IMG/VR virus record: IMGVR_UViG_3300037420_002497
Source: a virus
DNA length: 64,000 bases
Reading direction: 5' to 3' (one strand)
Of the stretch, positions 26,972 through 36,071 are shown piece after piece. The notes under the pieces are model-generated. The model was not told the DNA's origin. It searched no databases and saw only the letters and a list, made by a program, of their open reading frames with translations. Every line of letters starts with the position of its first letter. Position 1 is the stretch's first letter. The translations under genes were made by a program, and so were the position numbers.

Positions 26972-27534
26972 TGCGCCTCCAGCACGTTGCCCTGGTCGCG
27001 GCGCCAGCTGAATTCCTGCAGCGCCCACAGCAGCAGGGCTTGGTTGAAGTCCTCATGGTCCAGTTGCTGCTCGTGCAGCTCCACCACGTCGGTGAGCACC
27101 ACCAGCTCCGGGCCGCTGCCGACCCAGGGGATCGGCCGCTCATCGACGGCCTCGCCGCGCGCTCGCCGCTCCTCGCGCTCGCGCTCCCGGCGCGTCACGC
27201 GCGCCTTGATGCTCAGCAGCGCCTCCTGGGCCTGCCGGGTCAGCGGCTTGTATTCCGCCCCCAGCCCGCGCTCGCAGAACAGCATCGACAGGTTGGCCAC
27301 CTCGGTGAGCACGCCCGCGTGGTCCTCGCAGCCCTCGCCCAGGCGCAGCGCGTCGATCGCCGTGCGCGCCCACATGCACAGGTCCAGCAGCTGCTCGCGC
27401 CCCAGGCCCCGGCCGAGGTTGCTCAGGTCGTCGGGCAGGTACACCGCGCAGGGGTTGGGCACCGGGCCCACCACCGCCTGGACGGCGGCAGCGACCGCGC
27501 GCAGCGGGACGTGCGCCGGGGGCTGGATGAACAT
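26968..27534 (-). CDS. hypothetical protein (188 aa)
   Basis: internal ATG chosen; the upstream extension of the ORF is not credible. Confidence 0.5.
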   Translation of the reverse strand: MFIQPPAHVPLRAVAAAVQAVVGPVPNPCAVYLPDDLSNLGRGLGREQLLDLCMWARTAIDALRLGEGCEDHAGVLTEVANLSMLFCERGLGAEYKPLTRQAQEALLSIKARVTRREREREERRARGEAVDERPIPWVGSGPELVVLTDVVELHEQQLDHEDFNQALLLWALQEFSWRRDQGNVLEAQ

Positions 27535-27539
27535 GCCGA

Positions 27540-28463
27540 TCACGCTGCAGCTCCCGCCAGCCGGAAGATGGAGGACTGCGGCACCGGCATGCGCGGCGGC
27601 GGCTCCCGCCAGCGCCGGCCGCTGACGATGTCGCGCACCGTGACCGGCCCCAGCCCCGTGCGGGCCACGATCTCGGGGGCGGCCACGCCTTGCGCCTTGA
27701 GCAGGCGCACCTCGCGCGCCAGCTCCATGGTGCAGAAGCTGCGTTGGCGGCGCATCGTGTCGGCCCGCTTGGCGTTGGTCTCGGGGCGGCCCATGACGCC
27801 CTGCTGGTGCAGCCAGCTCATGTGCTCCGAGCGCGTCATCGCCTTGAGGTGGCGCAGGCACAGGCGGTTGCCGCAGGCCGGCGCGATCGTGAAGCCATCG
27901 GGGCTGCGCCCGTACATCTCGCGGTACACGCGGTTGCGCACGTCGATGTGCCCCTGCACCGGGCGGCCCCACTTGTTGGTCTCGCGCGTCCACAGCAGGC
28001 AGCGCCCGACGTGCCGGGCCAGCGTGGTGGGCGAGCTGTCGGAGCGCTCCACGCGCTCCCGCAGCCACACCTCCAGCCACTCGCGGCGCGCCTGGACGTG
28101 CGCGTCCTGCAGCGGCTCAAGCAGCGAATCCAGCCACTTCTGGCGCTTGGCGCGCTGCCCCGGGGTCTGCAGATCCAGCGCGGTGATGAGGCGCGGCTTG
28201 GCCTTGCTCTCGACCCGGGCCTGCTCGATCACCTCGGCCGCCTCGATGGCGGCGCTGAGGGCGGTCTTGGGCGTGGCCGGCTTGGCGGCGGCCGGGGCGG
28301 CGCAGCCCGGGCAGTGCCACCACGTCTTGTCCACGCGCTTCCAGCCGGGCCCTTCCAGGCGGGGCTGGTGGCACTTGTCGCACAGCCGGGTGAACAGCTG
28401 CGCGGGCGCGGAAAACGCGATCCGGCGCTCCGGGGCGCCTGTGGCGGATTCGTAGTTTCTCAT
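27540..28463 (-). CDS. HNH endonuclease-domain protein with N-terminal zinc finger and C-terminal HTH (307 aa)
   Basis: CGNRLCLRHL is an HNH_3-like motif; CDKCH...WHCPGC is a zinc finger. Confidence 0.55.
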   Translation of the reverse strand: MRNYESATGAPERRIAFSAPAQLFTRLCDKCHQPRLEGPGWKRVDKTWWHCPGCAAPAAAKPATPKTALSAAIEAAEVIEQARVESKAKPRLITALDLQTPGQRAKRQKWLDSLLEPLQDAHVQARREWLEVWLRERVERSDSSPTTLARHVGRCLLWTRETNKWGRPVQGHIDVRNRVYREMYGRSPDGFTIAPACGNRLCLRHLKAMTRSEHMSWLHQQGVMGRPETNAKRADTMRRQRSFCTMELAREVRLLKAQGVAAPEIVARTGLGPVTVRDIVSGRRWREPPPRMPVPQSSIFRLAGAAA

Positions 28464-29251
28464 CGGGTCTGGGGAGTCTTGGACCGGGCCTCGCGCAGCT
28501 CGCGCGCCTTGGCCGCCGCCTCGGCGCGCTGCTGGGGCGTCATCTCGTCGGCACGCAGGTACTGCTGGGTCCGGTCGGCATCACGGGAGGGGACGGTGGG
28601 GGCCGGGCCGGCGGGCAGCGAGCCCTGGTGCAGACCCTTGGCTTGCAGGGCGGCTTCTTCGCGCCGCTTGGTCACGATGGCCAGGGCGTAGGCAAAGCCC
28701 CGGCGGCGCTCGGCCGCCTCGCGGGCGGCGCCGACGAACTCCTCTTGCGTGGCGCCGGACTGCAGCAGCATCAGCAGCCCGGCATGCCCGGGGTTCACGT
28801 CCTGGCAGCCCACCTGCCGCATGGCCCGGCACACCAGACCGGCCTGGGTCGGCACCACGCGCTGGTCGCCCGTGACGGGGCTGTTGGACGGTCCAACAGG
28901 CGCGTCCGCCTCGGGCAGGCGGTGCTCGTCGAAGCGCGGGATGACGACGCCGCCACCGTCCGCGCGCAGCCAGTCAATGGCCACCAGCGCCTCGGCAAAC
29001 CCGGGGATGCCCGTCTTGCGGTCGATCTGGCGTGCCGGCAGATTCGGCAGCTGGCCCTGGCGCCCGTGCCGGCTCACCGCCGCCCAGAGCCAGTAGAGCC
29101 CGCCGATGACGTGCGCCTCGGCACAACCCGTGACCTCGCACAGGGCGGCCACGCGGGGGTCATCCCACAGGTTCGCGCGCATGAAGATCCCCGGGCCGCT
29201 CACGCCGACCCCCGCGCACGAAAGACCCGCTGCATGGAAAATTTCCCGCAA
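28460..29251 (-). CDS. hypothetical protein, possibly replication-associated (263 aa)
   Basis: second gene of the early operon after the Cro-like gene; basic C-terminal tail; contains one copy of the 17-bp palindrome. Confidence 0.4.
   Translation of the reverse strand: MREIFHAAGLSCAGVGVSGPGIFMRANLWDDPRVAALCEVTGCAEAHVIGGLYWLWAAVSRHGRQGQLPNLPARQIDRKTGIPGFAEALVAIDWLRADGGGVVIPRFDEHRLPEADAPVGPSNSPVTGDQRVVPTQAGLVCRAMRQVGCQDVNPGHAGLLMLLQSGATQEEFVGAAREAAERRRGFAYALAIVTKRREEAALQAKGLHQGSLPAGPAPTVPSRDADRTQQYLRADEMTPQQRAEAAAKARELREARSKTPQTR
28882..28898. promoter_or_regulatory. dispersed palindrome site 2 (TGTTGGACGGTCCAACA), inside a CDS
   Basis: perfect 8-1-8 palindrome. Confidence 0.5.
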
Positions 29252-29333
29252 GAACGTGTGACAAATTCACGACAAATGCGGCTTGCCCCTATTGCAGGGA
29301 GGGGTCGCCCAACGGGGCGATTGCGCGAAGCGA

Positions 29334-29347
29334 ACCAATGGCTAAAC
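29334..29347. promoter_or_regulatory. operator-like site O1 (ACCAATGGCTAAAC)
   Basis: related to O2, O3 and O4. Confidence 0.4.
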
Positions 29348-29383
29348 ATCAGGCTCATGGATGCAGGCACGCCGTTCGCTCCG

Positions 29384-29674
29384 TCACGCCGTTTGCGCGG
29401 TCTCCGCAGGGAGGCCGGGCGCCCCAGGACTGCCGATCAGCTCAGGCCAATGGATCGGCCAGTCGAGCGGGCGCAGCTTCCAGCGCGGCACCTGCCCGTT
29501 GGTTGCGCGCTCCACCTCGGCGCAGCGATACAGGGGAACGGCCTTCCACCCCTTTTCGTCGCGCTGCTTCTTCCACCGACTCACGACCACCGGGCTCACC
29601 CCCAGCTCGCGCGCAAGACGGGCTGCAAGGCCGCGCTCGGGCTGCATGAGGTACTGCCGGATGTCCATTTCCAT
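29384..29674 (-). CDS. YdaS/Cro-like HTH regulator (about 96 aa; a GTG at 29716 would give 110 aa)
   Basis: LARELGVSPVVVSRWKK...VPLYRCAEVERATNGQV...LRPLDW resembles YdaS/Cro-family proteins. Confidence 0.55.
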   Translation of the reverse strand: MEMDIRQYLMQPERGLAARLARELGVSPVVVSRWKKQRDEKGWKAVPLYRCAEVERATNGQVPRWKLRPLDWPIHWPELIGSPGAPGLPAETAQTA

Positions 29675-29685
29675 GGGCCAAAAGT

Positions 29686-29701
29686 TTAGCCGTTGGCTTA
29701 A
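29686..29701. promoter_or_regulatory. operator-like site O2 (TTAGCCGTTGGCTTAA)
   Basis: imperfect palindrome 12 nt upstream of the cro-like ATG. Confidence 0.45.
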
Positions 29702-29774
29702 CTTCCCCGAAGCCACGGGATTCGCTTCCCCGGCCCGTCAGCGATCCACTGGATACAAGTCCACTTGAATCAAG

Positions 29775-29787
29775 TAGCCAATGGCTA
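29775..29787. promoter_or_regulatory. operator-like site O3 (TAGCCAATGGCTA, perfect 13-bp palindrome)
   Basis: in the divergent intergenic region, 14 nt upstream of the repressor-like gene. Confidence 0.5.
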
Positions 29788-29800
29788 TCAAAATCGCGCC

Positions 29801-30316
29801 ATGAAAACTAGCGAAGAAATAAGGGTTGTTCGGCTCAAGCAGCTGATAGAGGAGTGCGGAGGTTCCGTGCAGGCGGTAGCCCACGCCATGGGACGGCCGA
29901 CCTCCCAAATCTGCAGCCTGCGCGACATGACCGTGCGGAAGGTGGGCTCCAAGGCCAAGGGAACCGAGAAGGAGCTGCCGCGTGTCATAGGGCCGGATCT
30001 GGCCCGCGAGTTTGAGGTACGGTTCGGCAAGCCCCGAGGCTGGATGGACAACGATCCCAGGCTCGTAGCGGGCGTCAACGACGAGCACACGGAAATCTGG
30101 CGCCAGATCGCGATGAAGCTGGCCAAGAAGTGCCGCGCCGAAGGCATCCTGGTGGATGCATCCAACTTCCTCGGGCTCGTGGACGACCTGACCGCCAAGC
30201 TGGAGGTCAGCGACGACGCCGCCGAGAAGGCCGCCGCCCTGTACGAGGAGTTCATGGGCATCTTCGCCCGGCGGCTGCTGCAGCCGAGCAACGGAGACGC
30301 TTCCGTTCTGCGGTAA
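29801..30316 (+). CDS. HTH repressor-like protein (171 aa)
   Basis: N-terminal HTH (SVQAVAHAMGRPTSQICSL); divergent from the cro-like gene; ATG chosen over an upstream TTG. Confidence 0.5.
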   Translation: MKTSEEIRVVRLKQLIEECGGSVQAVAHAMGRPTSQICSLRDMTVRKVGSKAKGTEKELPRVIGPDLAREFEVRFGKPRGWMDNDPRLVAGVNDEHTEIWRQIAMKLAKKCRAEGILVDASNFLGLVDDLTAKLEVSDDAAEKAAALYEEFMGIFARRLLQPSNGDASVLR

Positions 30317-30351
30317 AAGCTACCGGATTCTGTATTATCCGAAGGTAACCG

Positions 30352-30657
30352 GTGCTTAACGTTCGGCGCCGGACATCGGCCGATGGCCGTCACCGAAGGA
30401 TCACCGTGGGCGAGACGAAGAAGCAGCTGCGAGCCGAGGACATCGGCTCCAAGGTCGATCAACTCCTGGAGGGCATCGACCTCCGAGAGCTGCAAGGCGG
30501 GGGCGGCGACCCGGGCGGCGACTACCGCAGGGCGCCCGTCTTCGTCATCGTCGGGGACAACAACACGATCAATGTGCCCAGCGCCTGCGCCGGCTGCGCC
30601 AAGGCGCCCCGGGTCGTCGAGGTTCCGACCATCCAAGGGGTTGGACTGTCCAGCTAG
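30352..30657 (+). CDS. hypothetical protein (GTG 30352, or GTG 30409 with a GAAGGA RBS)
   Basis: TATTAT -10-like hexamer upstream; a terminator lies downstream. Confidence 0.3.
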   Translation: MLNVRRRTSADGRHRRITVGETKKQLRAEDIGSKVDQLLEGIDLRELQGGGGDPGGDYRRAPVFVIVGDNNTINVPSACAGCAKAPRVVEVPTIQGVGLSS

Positions 30658-30702
30658 GCAACCCCGCAACTGCGGGTCGCGGCCCTCCAGCCCCCCCCCA
30701 AA

Positions 30703-30727
30703 GGCCCGCTTCGGCGGGCTTTTTTGC
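30703..30727 (+). terminator. rho-independent terminator
   Basis: stem GCCCGCTTCGGCGGGC followed by TTTTTT. Confidence 0.65.
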
Positions 30728-30771
30728 GCCCCCCATGAATCCAAGGGATCGACATAAACCCCTGGATATGA

Positions 30772-30811
30772 ACCGTTGGCTATTGACACGGTTAATCCCA
30801 CAGCTACCATG
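30772..30811 (+). promoter_or_regulatory. operator-like site O4 (ACCGTTGGCTAT) overlapping a TTGACA -35 box
   Basis: TTGACA at 30783-30788, then about 17 nt, then TACCAT. Confidence 0.4.
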
Positions 30812-30840
30812 CGATCCCACAGCGTCAGCCATGACGCAGC

Positions 30841-31395
30841 ATGGAGGCACTGGTGGCAGACAGGGCGGAATTCCTCATCCAACGCGCCGAGGCGGCCGGG
30901 CAAGCTGCCCACGCGGCCGAGACCCGGCGCAGCGGAGGCAACAGCGCCCTGGCCGCACTGGCTCGCGCCTGGGCCGTCATCAACGCGCTGAAGGCCGCGC
31001 TGCGGCAGGTGTTCCTCGACCACGGCAGCCCGCACACGGCCTTCGCGCCCACGCAACCCGCCGAGCCGGCGCCCACCAGCCACGTCATCGACTCGACCAT
31101 GGGCGTCGGCGGCACGCCGGTGCGCATCGAGTACGACATCGACCGCGAGGGCGTCCCGTGCATCCTGGCGATCTGGTTCAACGACCAGCCGCCGTACCTC
31201 GGCGACCTGGAGGAAGCCTTCTCGGGCTGGCAGGTGCGCACCTGGAACGCCCAGGTCGAGATCGACGCGATGTGCCAGCTCCAGGCCCACGCCCAGGACG
31301 AGACGGCGCGCCCGGCCAAGAACCGCACGCACGTCACCCACAACCGGTTCCTGGATCGTCCCTACAGCAACGATCGGATCAAAGGGGGCGCGTGA
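30841..31395 (+). CDS. hypothetical protein (184 aa)
   Basis: ORF coupled (TGATG) to the next gene. Confidence 0.5.
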   Translation: MEALVADRAEFLIQRAEAAGQAAHAAETRRSGGNSALAALARAWAVINALKAALRQVFLDHGSPHTAFAPTQPAEPAPTSHVIDSTMGVGGTPVRIEYDIDREGVPCILAIWFNDQPPYLGDLEEAFSGWQVRTWNAQVEIDAMCQLQAHAQDETARPAKNRTHVTHNRFLDRPYSNDRIKGGA

Positions 31396-31724
31396 TGGCG
31401 GCCAATGCCTACCTGAGCTGCGTGGAGCTGCAGTCGGCGCTGCGGATCGTGCACCGCCGCCGTGACCCGTCGAACGAGCGGCTGCTCGACGCCATGGAGC
31501 GCACTTGCTTCGCGCTGGCGCAGCCGGGCGAGGGCTGCGACCGGGCCGAGGACTGCAAGCGCAGCGCCGAGTGCGCCGCGCTGCGCACCCCGCCCGAGGC
31601 GCCCGAGATCGCCCGCGTCGTGCTCACGCACATGCTGCCGCTGCGCTCCCGCCCGTCCATGCGCGACGGCATCCACCGCAACATCGCCGTGATCCGCCGC
31701 GAGAGCCAAGGGAACCCCCAATGA
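31395..31724 (+). CDS. hypothetical protein (109 aa)
   Basis: AAAGGGGG RBS; GTGATG start overlaps the upstream stop codon. Confidence 0.5.
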   Translation: MAANAYLSCVELQSALRIVHRRRDPSNERLLDAMERTCFALAQPGEGCDRAEDCKRSAECAALRTPPEAPEIARVVLTHMLPLRSRPSMRDGIHRNIAVIRRESQGNPQ

Positions 31725-31921
31725 GCGCCCTGCTGCGCTTCCTGCGCACCGCCCCCAGCGAGTTCCCCAACCCCGACCTGATGAACCACGAGGTCGAGCA
31801 CGAGCTGGCGCCGCGCCTGGACGACGCGGCCGGCAAGGGCGGCAGCTGGCTGGTGGCGCTGGTCGTCGCGCTGTCCACCGTGGCCGTCATCGCGCTGTCC
31901 GCCGCGACCCTGCCCGCCTGA
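31721..31921 (+). CDS. small membrane protein (66 aa)
   Basis: ATGA overlap with the upstream gene; C-terminal transmembrane segment WLVALVVALSTVAVIAL. Confidence 0.4.
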   Translation: MSALLRFLRTAPSEFPNPDLMNHEVEHELAPRLDDAAGKGGSWLVALVVALSTVAVIALSAATLPA

Positions 31922-31976
31922 ACCCATTCGCGGGGGAGCCGGCAGCCCGCCTTTTCTGCCGGCAGTTGAAAGACAA

Positions 31977-32618
31977 ATGATGACCGCAATCACCGCCGCC
32001 CAGCTGGGTGAGTTCGACTACAAGTTCCTGATCGACGCCTCCTTCTCCCAGGGAACGAAGGACTGTGCCGGCGGCAAGAAATCGCGCTGGGACTTCATGC
32101 AGGAAACCCTGCTGTCCACCTTCGCCGACATCGAGAAGTTCGACAGCGATGGCGTGGAAGTGCTCATCTACCAAGGCTCCCATGTGCATGAGCACAAGGG
32201 CGTGACCAGCGCGACCCTGCCGGGCATCCTGGCCAAGTACGAGCCTCGCAACAGCACGCCCACCGCCGAGGCACTGCGCAAGGTGCTGCCCGTGACCGCC
32301 GGCAGCAACGGCAAGAAGCTGTTCATCCAGTGCTGGACGGATGGCGTGCCCAACAGCAAGGAAGGCGTCGAGGACATCCTGATCGCCCAGGCCAGCGCCC
32401 AGAAGAACGACGAAGACTGCACGGTGCAGTTTGTCCAGGTGGGCTTCGATGAGGAGGCCGGCGACTGGCTGCTCAACGAGCTGGACAACGGCCTCAAGGC
32501 CAAGGCCAAGGCGCTGGGCTACGGGGAAATCTTCGACATCGTGGACGTGCGCACGATGAAGGATCTGGAAGCCTTCGCCAACCCGGTGGACATGATCGTC
32601 GCCGGCATCAACGACTGA
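31977..32618 (+). CDS. von Willebrand factor A (vWA) domain protein (213 aa)
   Basis: MIDAS-like DASFS and TDG motifs in a Rossmann-like arrangement. Confidence 0.65.
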   Translation: MMTAITAAQLGEFDYKFLIDASFSQGTKDCAGGKKSRWDFMQETLLSTFADIEKFDSDGVEVLIYQGSHVHEHKGVTSATLPGILAKYEPRNSTPTAEALRKVLPVTAGSNGKKLFIQCWTDGVPNSKEGVEDILIAQASAQKNDEDCTVQFVQVGFDEEAGDWLLNELDNGLKAKAKALGYGEIFDIVDVRTMKDLEAFANPVDMIVAGIND

Positions 32619-32673
32619 TCCCGAGCCTGCACTGAAACCGGGCGGCTTGCCGCCGCCCTTTCCCGAGACACCC

Positions 32674-32799
32674 ATGATCGGCGACTTCCTCCTCCTCGTC
32701 CTGGCCTTTGCCGGCGGCGCGCACCTGGGCCACAAGTACGGCGGCCCGCTGGCGCTGTGGGCCAAGGCAAAGGCCTTGCTGCAGAGCCTCAAGGGCTGA
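32674..32799 (+). CDS. tiny membrane protein (41 aa)
   Basis: hydrophobic sequence IGDFLLLVLAFAGGAHL; weak RBS. Confidence 0.25.
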   Translation: MIGDFLLLVLAFAGGAHLGHKYGGPLALWAKAKALLQSLKG

Positions 32800-32832
32800 C
32801 GCCCTTTTTCTGTCCCACAGCCAGGAGTTCCC

Positions 32833-34032
32833 ATGAGCAGCTTCCCCCTCGGTCCCGTCGTCGGCAACCCCCTCGCCGCGTCGCGGCAGCACCAGCACAA
32901 GCCCCGCCTGCTGGCCGCGCTGCAGCCGCCGGCCGCGCGCGTCACGGCGCTGGGCACCGTAAGCCAGGACGCCAGCGGGAAGCTGCAGTTCGTGCCGAAC
33001 TACGCCAAGCAGGAAAGCAAGCCAGCCCCGGCCAAGCCCGCCCCCGCCACCCGCTTCAAGGCCGGCGAGCGCGTGCGCATCCAAGCCAGCGCAGCCCAGC
33101 TCCACGGGTACGGCATCACCTACGAATCCGCCGTCTGGATGTCGGCGCAACCCTCGCTGCTGGTGGACGGCGCCCACGAGCAGAGCGACGACGCCGCCTA
33201 CTCGCTCAAGGACCAGCACGGGTACAGCTGGGCGGTGCCTGGGCGGTTTGTTGCCGCCCCCACACCCGAGCCGCAGACGCCGGCTGCGCACCAGACCGCC
33301 CTCCAGGCCGGCGCCGACCACTATGCGTGGCTGCAAGGCATGGCCCGCAGCCTGGAGCCGGTGCAGGTGCATGCACCCAACTGGGCCGAGCACGGCCTGC
33401 TCGGTTACATCTCGCGGGTGGACGTGGCCGTCACCTCGGGCCACCACAACGAGGTGCGAGTCGCTGTCCACCTGCAGAACAACAGCACGCTGGAGCTGTC
33501 CGGCGACGAGGCCGTGCAGGTGCTGCGCAAGGCCGCCAAGCAACCCCGGCAGGAGCCGGCCGAGCTGCCGCGCTTCAATTGCTTCCACGACATGGCCACC
33601 TACACCGGCGACGTGCAGGTCCACCTCCCCGGGCACCCCAAGCACGGCCTGCGCGGGCGCATCGACCGCATGAACACGCTTTTTGATGGCGACGCGCTCA
33701 GGGTGACCGCCTATGCCCTGCTGGAGGACGGCACGGCGCTGGCGCTGGTCGGGGACAAGGCACTGGACGGATTCCGCCGCGCCTTCGATCCGCTCAAGGA
33801 GCCGCTGGCGATGGGCGACCAAGCCGAGGTTGACTGCCCTGGGATGGATGCCCACGGCAAGCGCGGCGTCATCAGCCAGATCACCCGGGACAGCCGCTGC
33901 CCGGAAGACGCCACCTACGAGCTGACCCTGGAGGGTGTCCCGGCCAGGATGATCCAGTTCCACAGCCGCCGCCTGCTCAAGCTGCTGCGCAAGGCCGGCA
34001 GCGTCACGCTGGCGCTGGAGGGGCAGCGCTGA
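32833..34032 (+). CDS. hypothetical protein (399 aa)
   Basis: CAGGAGTTCCCATG start context. Confidence 0.6.
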   Translation: MSSFPLGPVVGNPLAASRQHQHKPRLLAALQPPAARVTALGTVSQDASGKLQFVPNYAKQESKPAPAKPAPATRFKAGERVRIQASAAQLHGYGITYESAVWMSAQPSLLVDGAHEQSDDAAYSLKDQHGYSWAVPGRFVAAPTPEPQTPAAHQTALQAGADHYAWLQGMARSLEPVQVHAPNWAEHGLLGYISRVDVAVTSGHHNEVRVAVHLQNNSTLELSGDEAVQVLRKAAKQPRQEPAELPRFNCFHDMATYTGDVQVHLPGHPKHGLRGRIDRMNTLFDGDALRVTAYALLEDGTALALVGDKALDGFRRAFDPLKEPLAMGDQAEVDCPGMDAHGKRGVISQITRDSRCPEDATYELTLEGVPARMIQFHSRRLLKLLRKAGSVTLALEGQR

Positions 34033-34163
34033 TGTTCAACGTCCAGCAACTGCTGGCCAAGGGCTCGATCGAGGGCCCTTGCCGGCCCCGTCGCCCCTCG
34101 CTGCGCGTGCTGCTGACGCTGGCCGCGCGCGCGCTGCTGCAGCGCCTGGAGGGCCGCCGGTGA
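34031..34163 (+). CDS. tiny basic protein (43 aa) bridging two genes
   Basis: TGATG overlap upstream and GTGA overlap downstream. Confidence 0.25.
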
Positions 34164-35260
34164 GCCTGTTCCAGCGGGCCGAGAACGCCCAGGCCTACGC
34201 CAAGATCGGCATCCTGGGCTTCACCGGCGACGGCAAGACGCACACCGCCTGCGTGATCGCGATCGGTCTGGTGCAGCTGCTGCGCGAGCGCAACATCGCC
34301 GCCGGCAGCCGCCCGGTGCTGTTCATCGACACCGAGCGCGGCAGCGACTGGATGAAGCCGCTGTTCGATGACGCCGGCATCGAGCTGTGGGTGTCGCGCA
34401 CGCGCAGCTTCGTTGACCTGCTCACCGCGATCGAGGAAGCCGTCAAGGCCGGCGCGGTGCTCATCATCGACAGCATCACGCACTTCTGGCGCGTGCTGTG
34501 CGACGAGTACATGCTGCGGCGCAACCGCCGCAACGGACTGGAGATCAGCGACTGGTCCTGGCTCAAGGCCAAGTGGGGCGAGTTCACCCGCGCGTTCCTC
34601 AATGCCGAGTGCCACATCATCATCTGCGGGCGCGCGGGCTACATCTACGACCGCTCGGAAGATGCCGATGGCCGCCAGCAGGTGCGCAAGACCGGCGTGC
34701 AGCTCAAAGCCGAGGGCGAGACCGGGCACGAGCCCAGCCTGCTGGTCCTGATGGAGCGCCAGGAGGGCCCGCCCGAGGAGTGGGGCGGCAAGCCGCGCAT
34801 CTGGCGCACCGCGACCATCCTGAAGGACCGCAGCCGCCAGATCGACGGCAAGACCTTCGACGACCCGGGCTTCGACGCCTTCCGCGCGCACATCGAGTGC
34901 CTGAACCTGGGCGGCACGGACGAGGGCATCGACTTCAGCCGCAACAACAGCGCCCTGTTCTCCGAGGACGGCACGCCGACGTGGCAGCGCGAGCGCCAGT
35001 GGAAAGACGTGGCCCTGGACGAGATCGACGCGTGCCTCGCCAAGCACTTCCCCGGCCAGGGCGCCGAGGCCAAGGCCAAGCGCATGGAGTTCCTGGAGAA
35101 GGCGCTGGACACCCGCAGCTGGGAGCGCGCCAAGACCCTGCCCTGGCTCGACATCGAGCGCGGGCGCAACTTTTTGTGGATCACGCTGGAGGGCAAGCCC
35201 TACAGCGTGGCTCCGGTGGTGCACCAGACGAATGAGGAGTTCGGCGACGTGCCCATGTGA
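34160..35260 (+). CDS. P-loop ATPase, AAA_24/Sak4-like core plus C-terminal extension (366 aa)
   Basis: Walker A GFTGDGKTHT; FIDTERG; Walker B VLIIDSITHF. Confidence 0.6.
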   Translation: MSLFQRAENAQAYAKIGILGFTGDGKTHTACVIAIGLVQLLRERNIAAGSRPVLFIDTERGSDWMKPLFDDAGIELWVSRTRSFVDLLTAIEEAVKAGAVLIIDSITHFWRVLCDEYMLRRNRRNGLEISDWSWLKAKWGEFTRAFLNAECHIIICGRAGYIYDRSEDADGRQQVRKTGVQLKAEGETGHEPSLLVLMERQEGPPEEWGGKPRIWRTATILKDRSRQIDGKTFDDPGFDAFRAHIECLNLGGTDEGIDFSRNNSALFSEDGTPTWQRERQWKDVALDEIDACLAKHFPGQGAEAKAKRMEFLEKALDTRSWERAKTLPWLDIERGRNFLWITLEGKPYSVAPVVHQTNEEFGDVPM

Positions 35261-35340
35261 CGTTTTCAAGGGCGACCAGCGGTGTGGGGTTCGCCATCCC
35301 TCCTGATCGAGGTTGTCACTGGCCTCGGTCCTTCCCACAC

Positions 35341-35371
35341 CGCGCCCCTCGGGGCCGCCCTTTCTTTTTTC
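35341..35371 (+). terminator. putative rho-independent terminator
   Basis: stem GCCCCTCGGGGC followed by CGCCCTTTCTTTTTTC. Confidence 0.5.
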
Positions 35372-35529
35372 GGGTGCCGCGCGTGCCGGGGGTCTTTTCC
35401 TCATCCCTCCCTCGTTGCCCGGCGCGCCTCATGCAAATGAGCACCCTTTTTTCATACGTGGCAACTGCGTAGTCCAGGGGTGGCGAGCCCGGCCGATAGA
35501 GCCGGGCCGCTACCCCACCCCACAACACC

Positions 35530-35886
35530 ATGAACACGCTCAAGATCGTTGACGACCTCCACGTTGCCCAGGCGTGGATCTACCTCGGCGCCAAGAACGC
35601 CGCCGAGTACGCCCGCAGCAAGGCCGACGAGCACGGGGTCGTGGGCATGAACGTGCTGGCCGACCTGCTGGAGGCGGATCTTCGTGCGCAGGGCGCCGAG
35701 CTGAGCCTGCGCAACATCGGGGTGGCCACCGAGCACGGTTTCAAGGCGTCCGCCGACAGGCTCAAGATCCGCACCGGCAAGGATGGCGTGTGGCTGGAAT
35801 GGGAGCCGCTGGACGACGCCGCGACGCCGGCCCAGCAGCTGGGCGCGGGCGCCGATGGCGATGCGGGCGTGGTGGGGGTGGCGTGA
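35530..35886 (+). CDS. hypothetical protein (118 aa)
   Basis: first ORF after the terminator. Confidence 0.5.
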   Translation: MNTLKIVDDLHVAQAWIYLGAKNAAEYARSKADEHGVVGMNVLADLLEADLRAQGAELSLRNIGVATEHGFKASADRLKIRTGKDGVWLEWEPLDDAATPAQQLGAGADGDAGVVGVA

Positions 35887-36071
35887 TGGTCCCTTTCACC
35901 AGCATCGAAGTCATCAAGACCACCGTGCGCAAGCTGCTGAGCGTCGAGCCCGGACAGACCACGCGCGAGGCGACCGCCGCTGCCGTCGAGCGGGCCGCCG
36001 AGGAGCTGAGCCTCACGCCCGAGATCGTGCGTCGCGCCTTTGAAGGCCGGCGCGACGAGACCCCCGCCTGA
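35886..36071 (+). CDS. hypothetical protein (61 aa)
   Basis: GTGATG start overlaps the upstream stop codon. Confidence 0.4.
   Translation: MVPFTSIEVIKTTVRKLLSVEPGQTTREATAAAVERAAEELSLTPEIVRRAFEGRRDETPA

Noticed and set aside
30352-30657. Confident gene call after the repressor gene
   Set aside because: The start is ambiguous (GTG 30352 vs GTG 30409) and the protein has no recognisable features, so it is kept at low confidence only.
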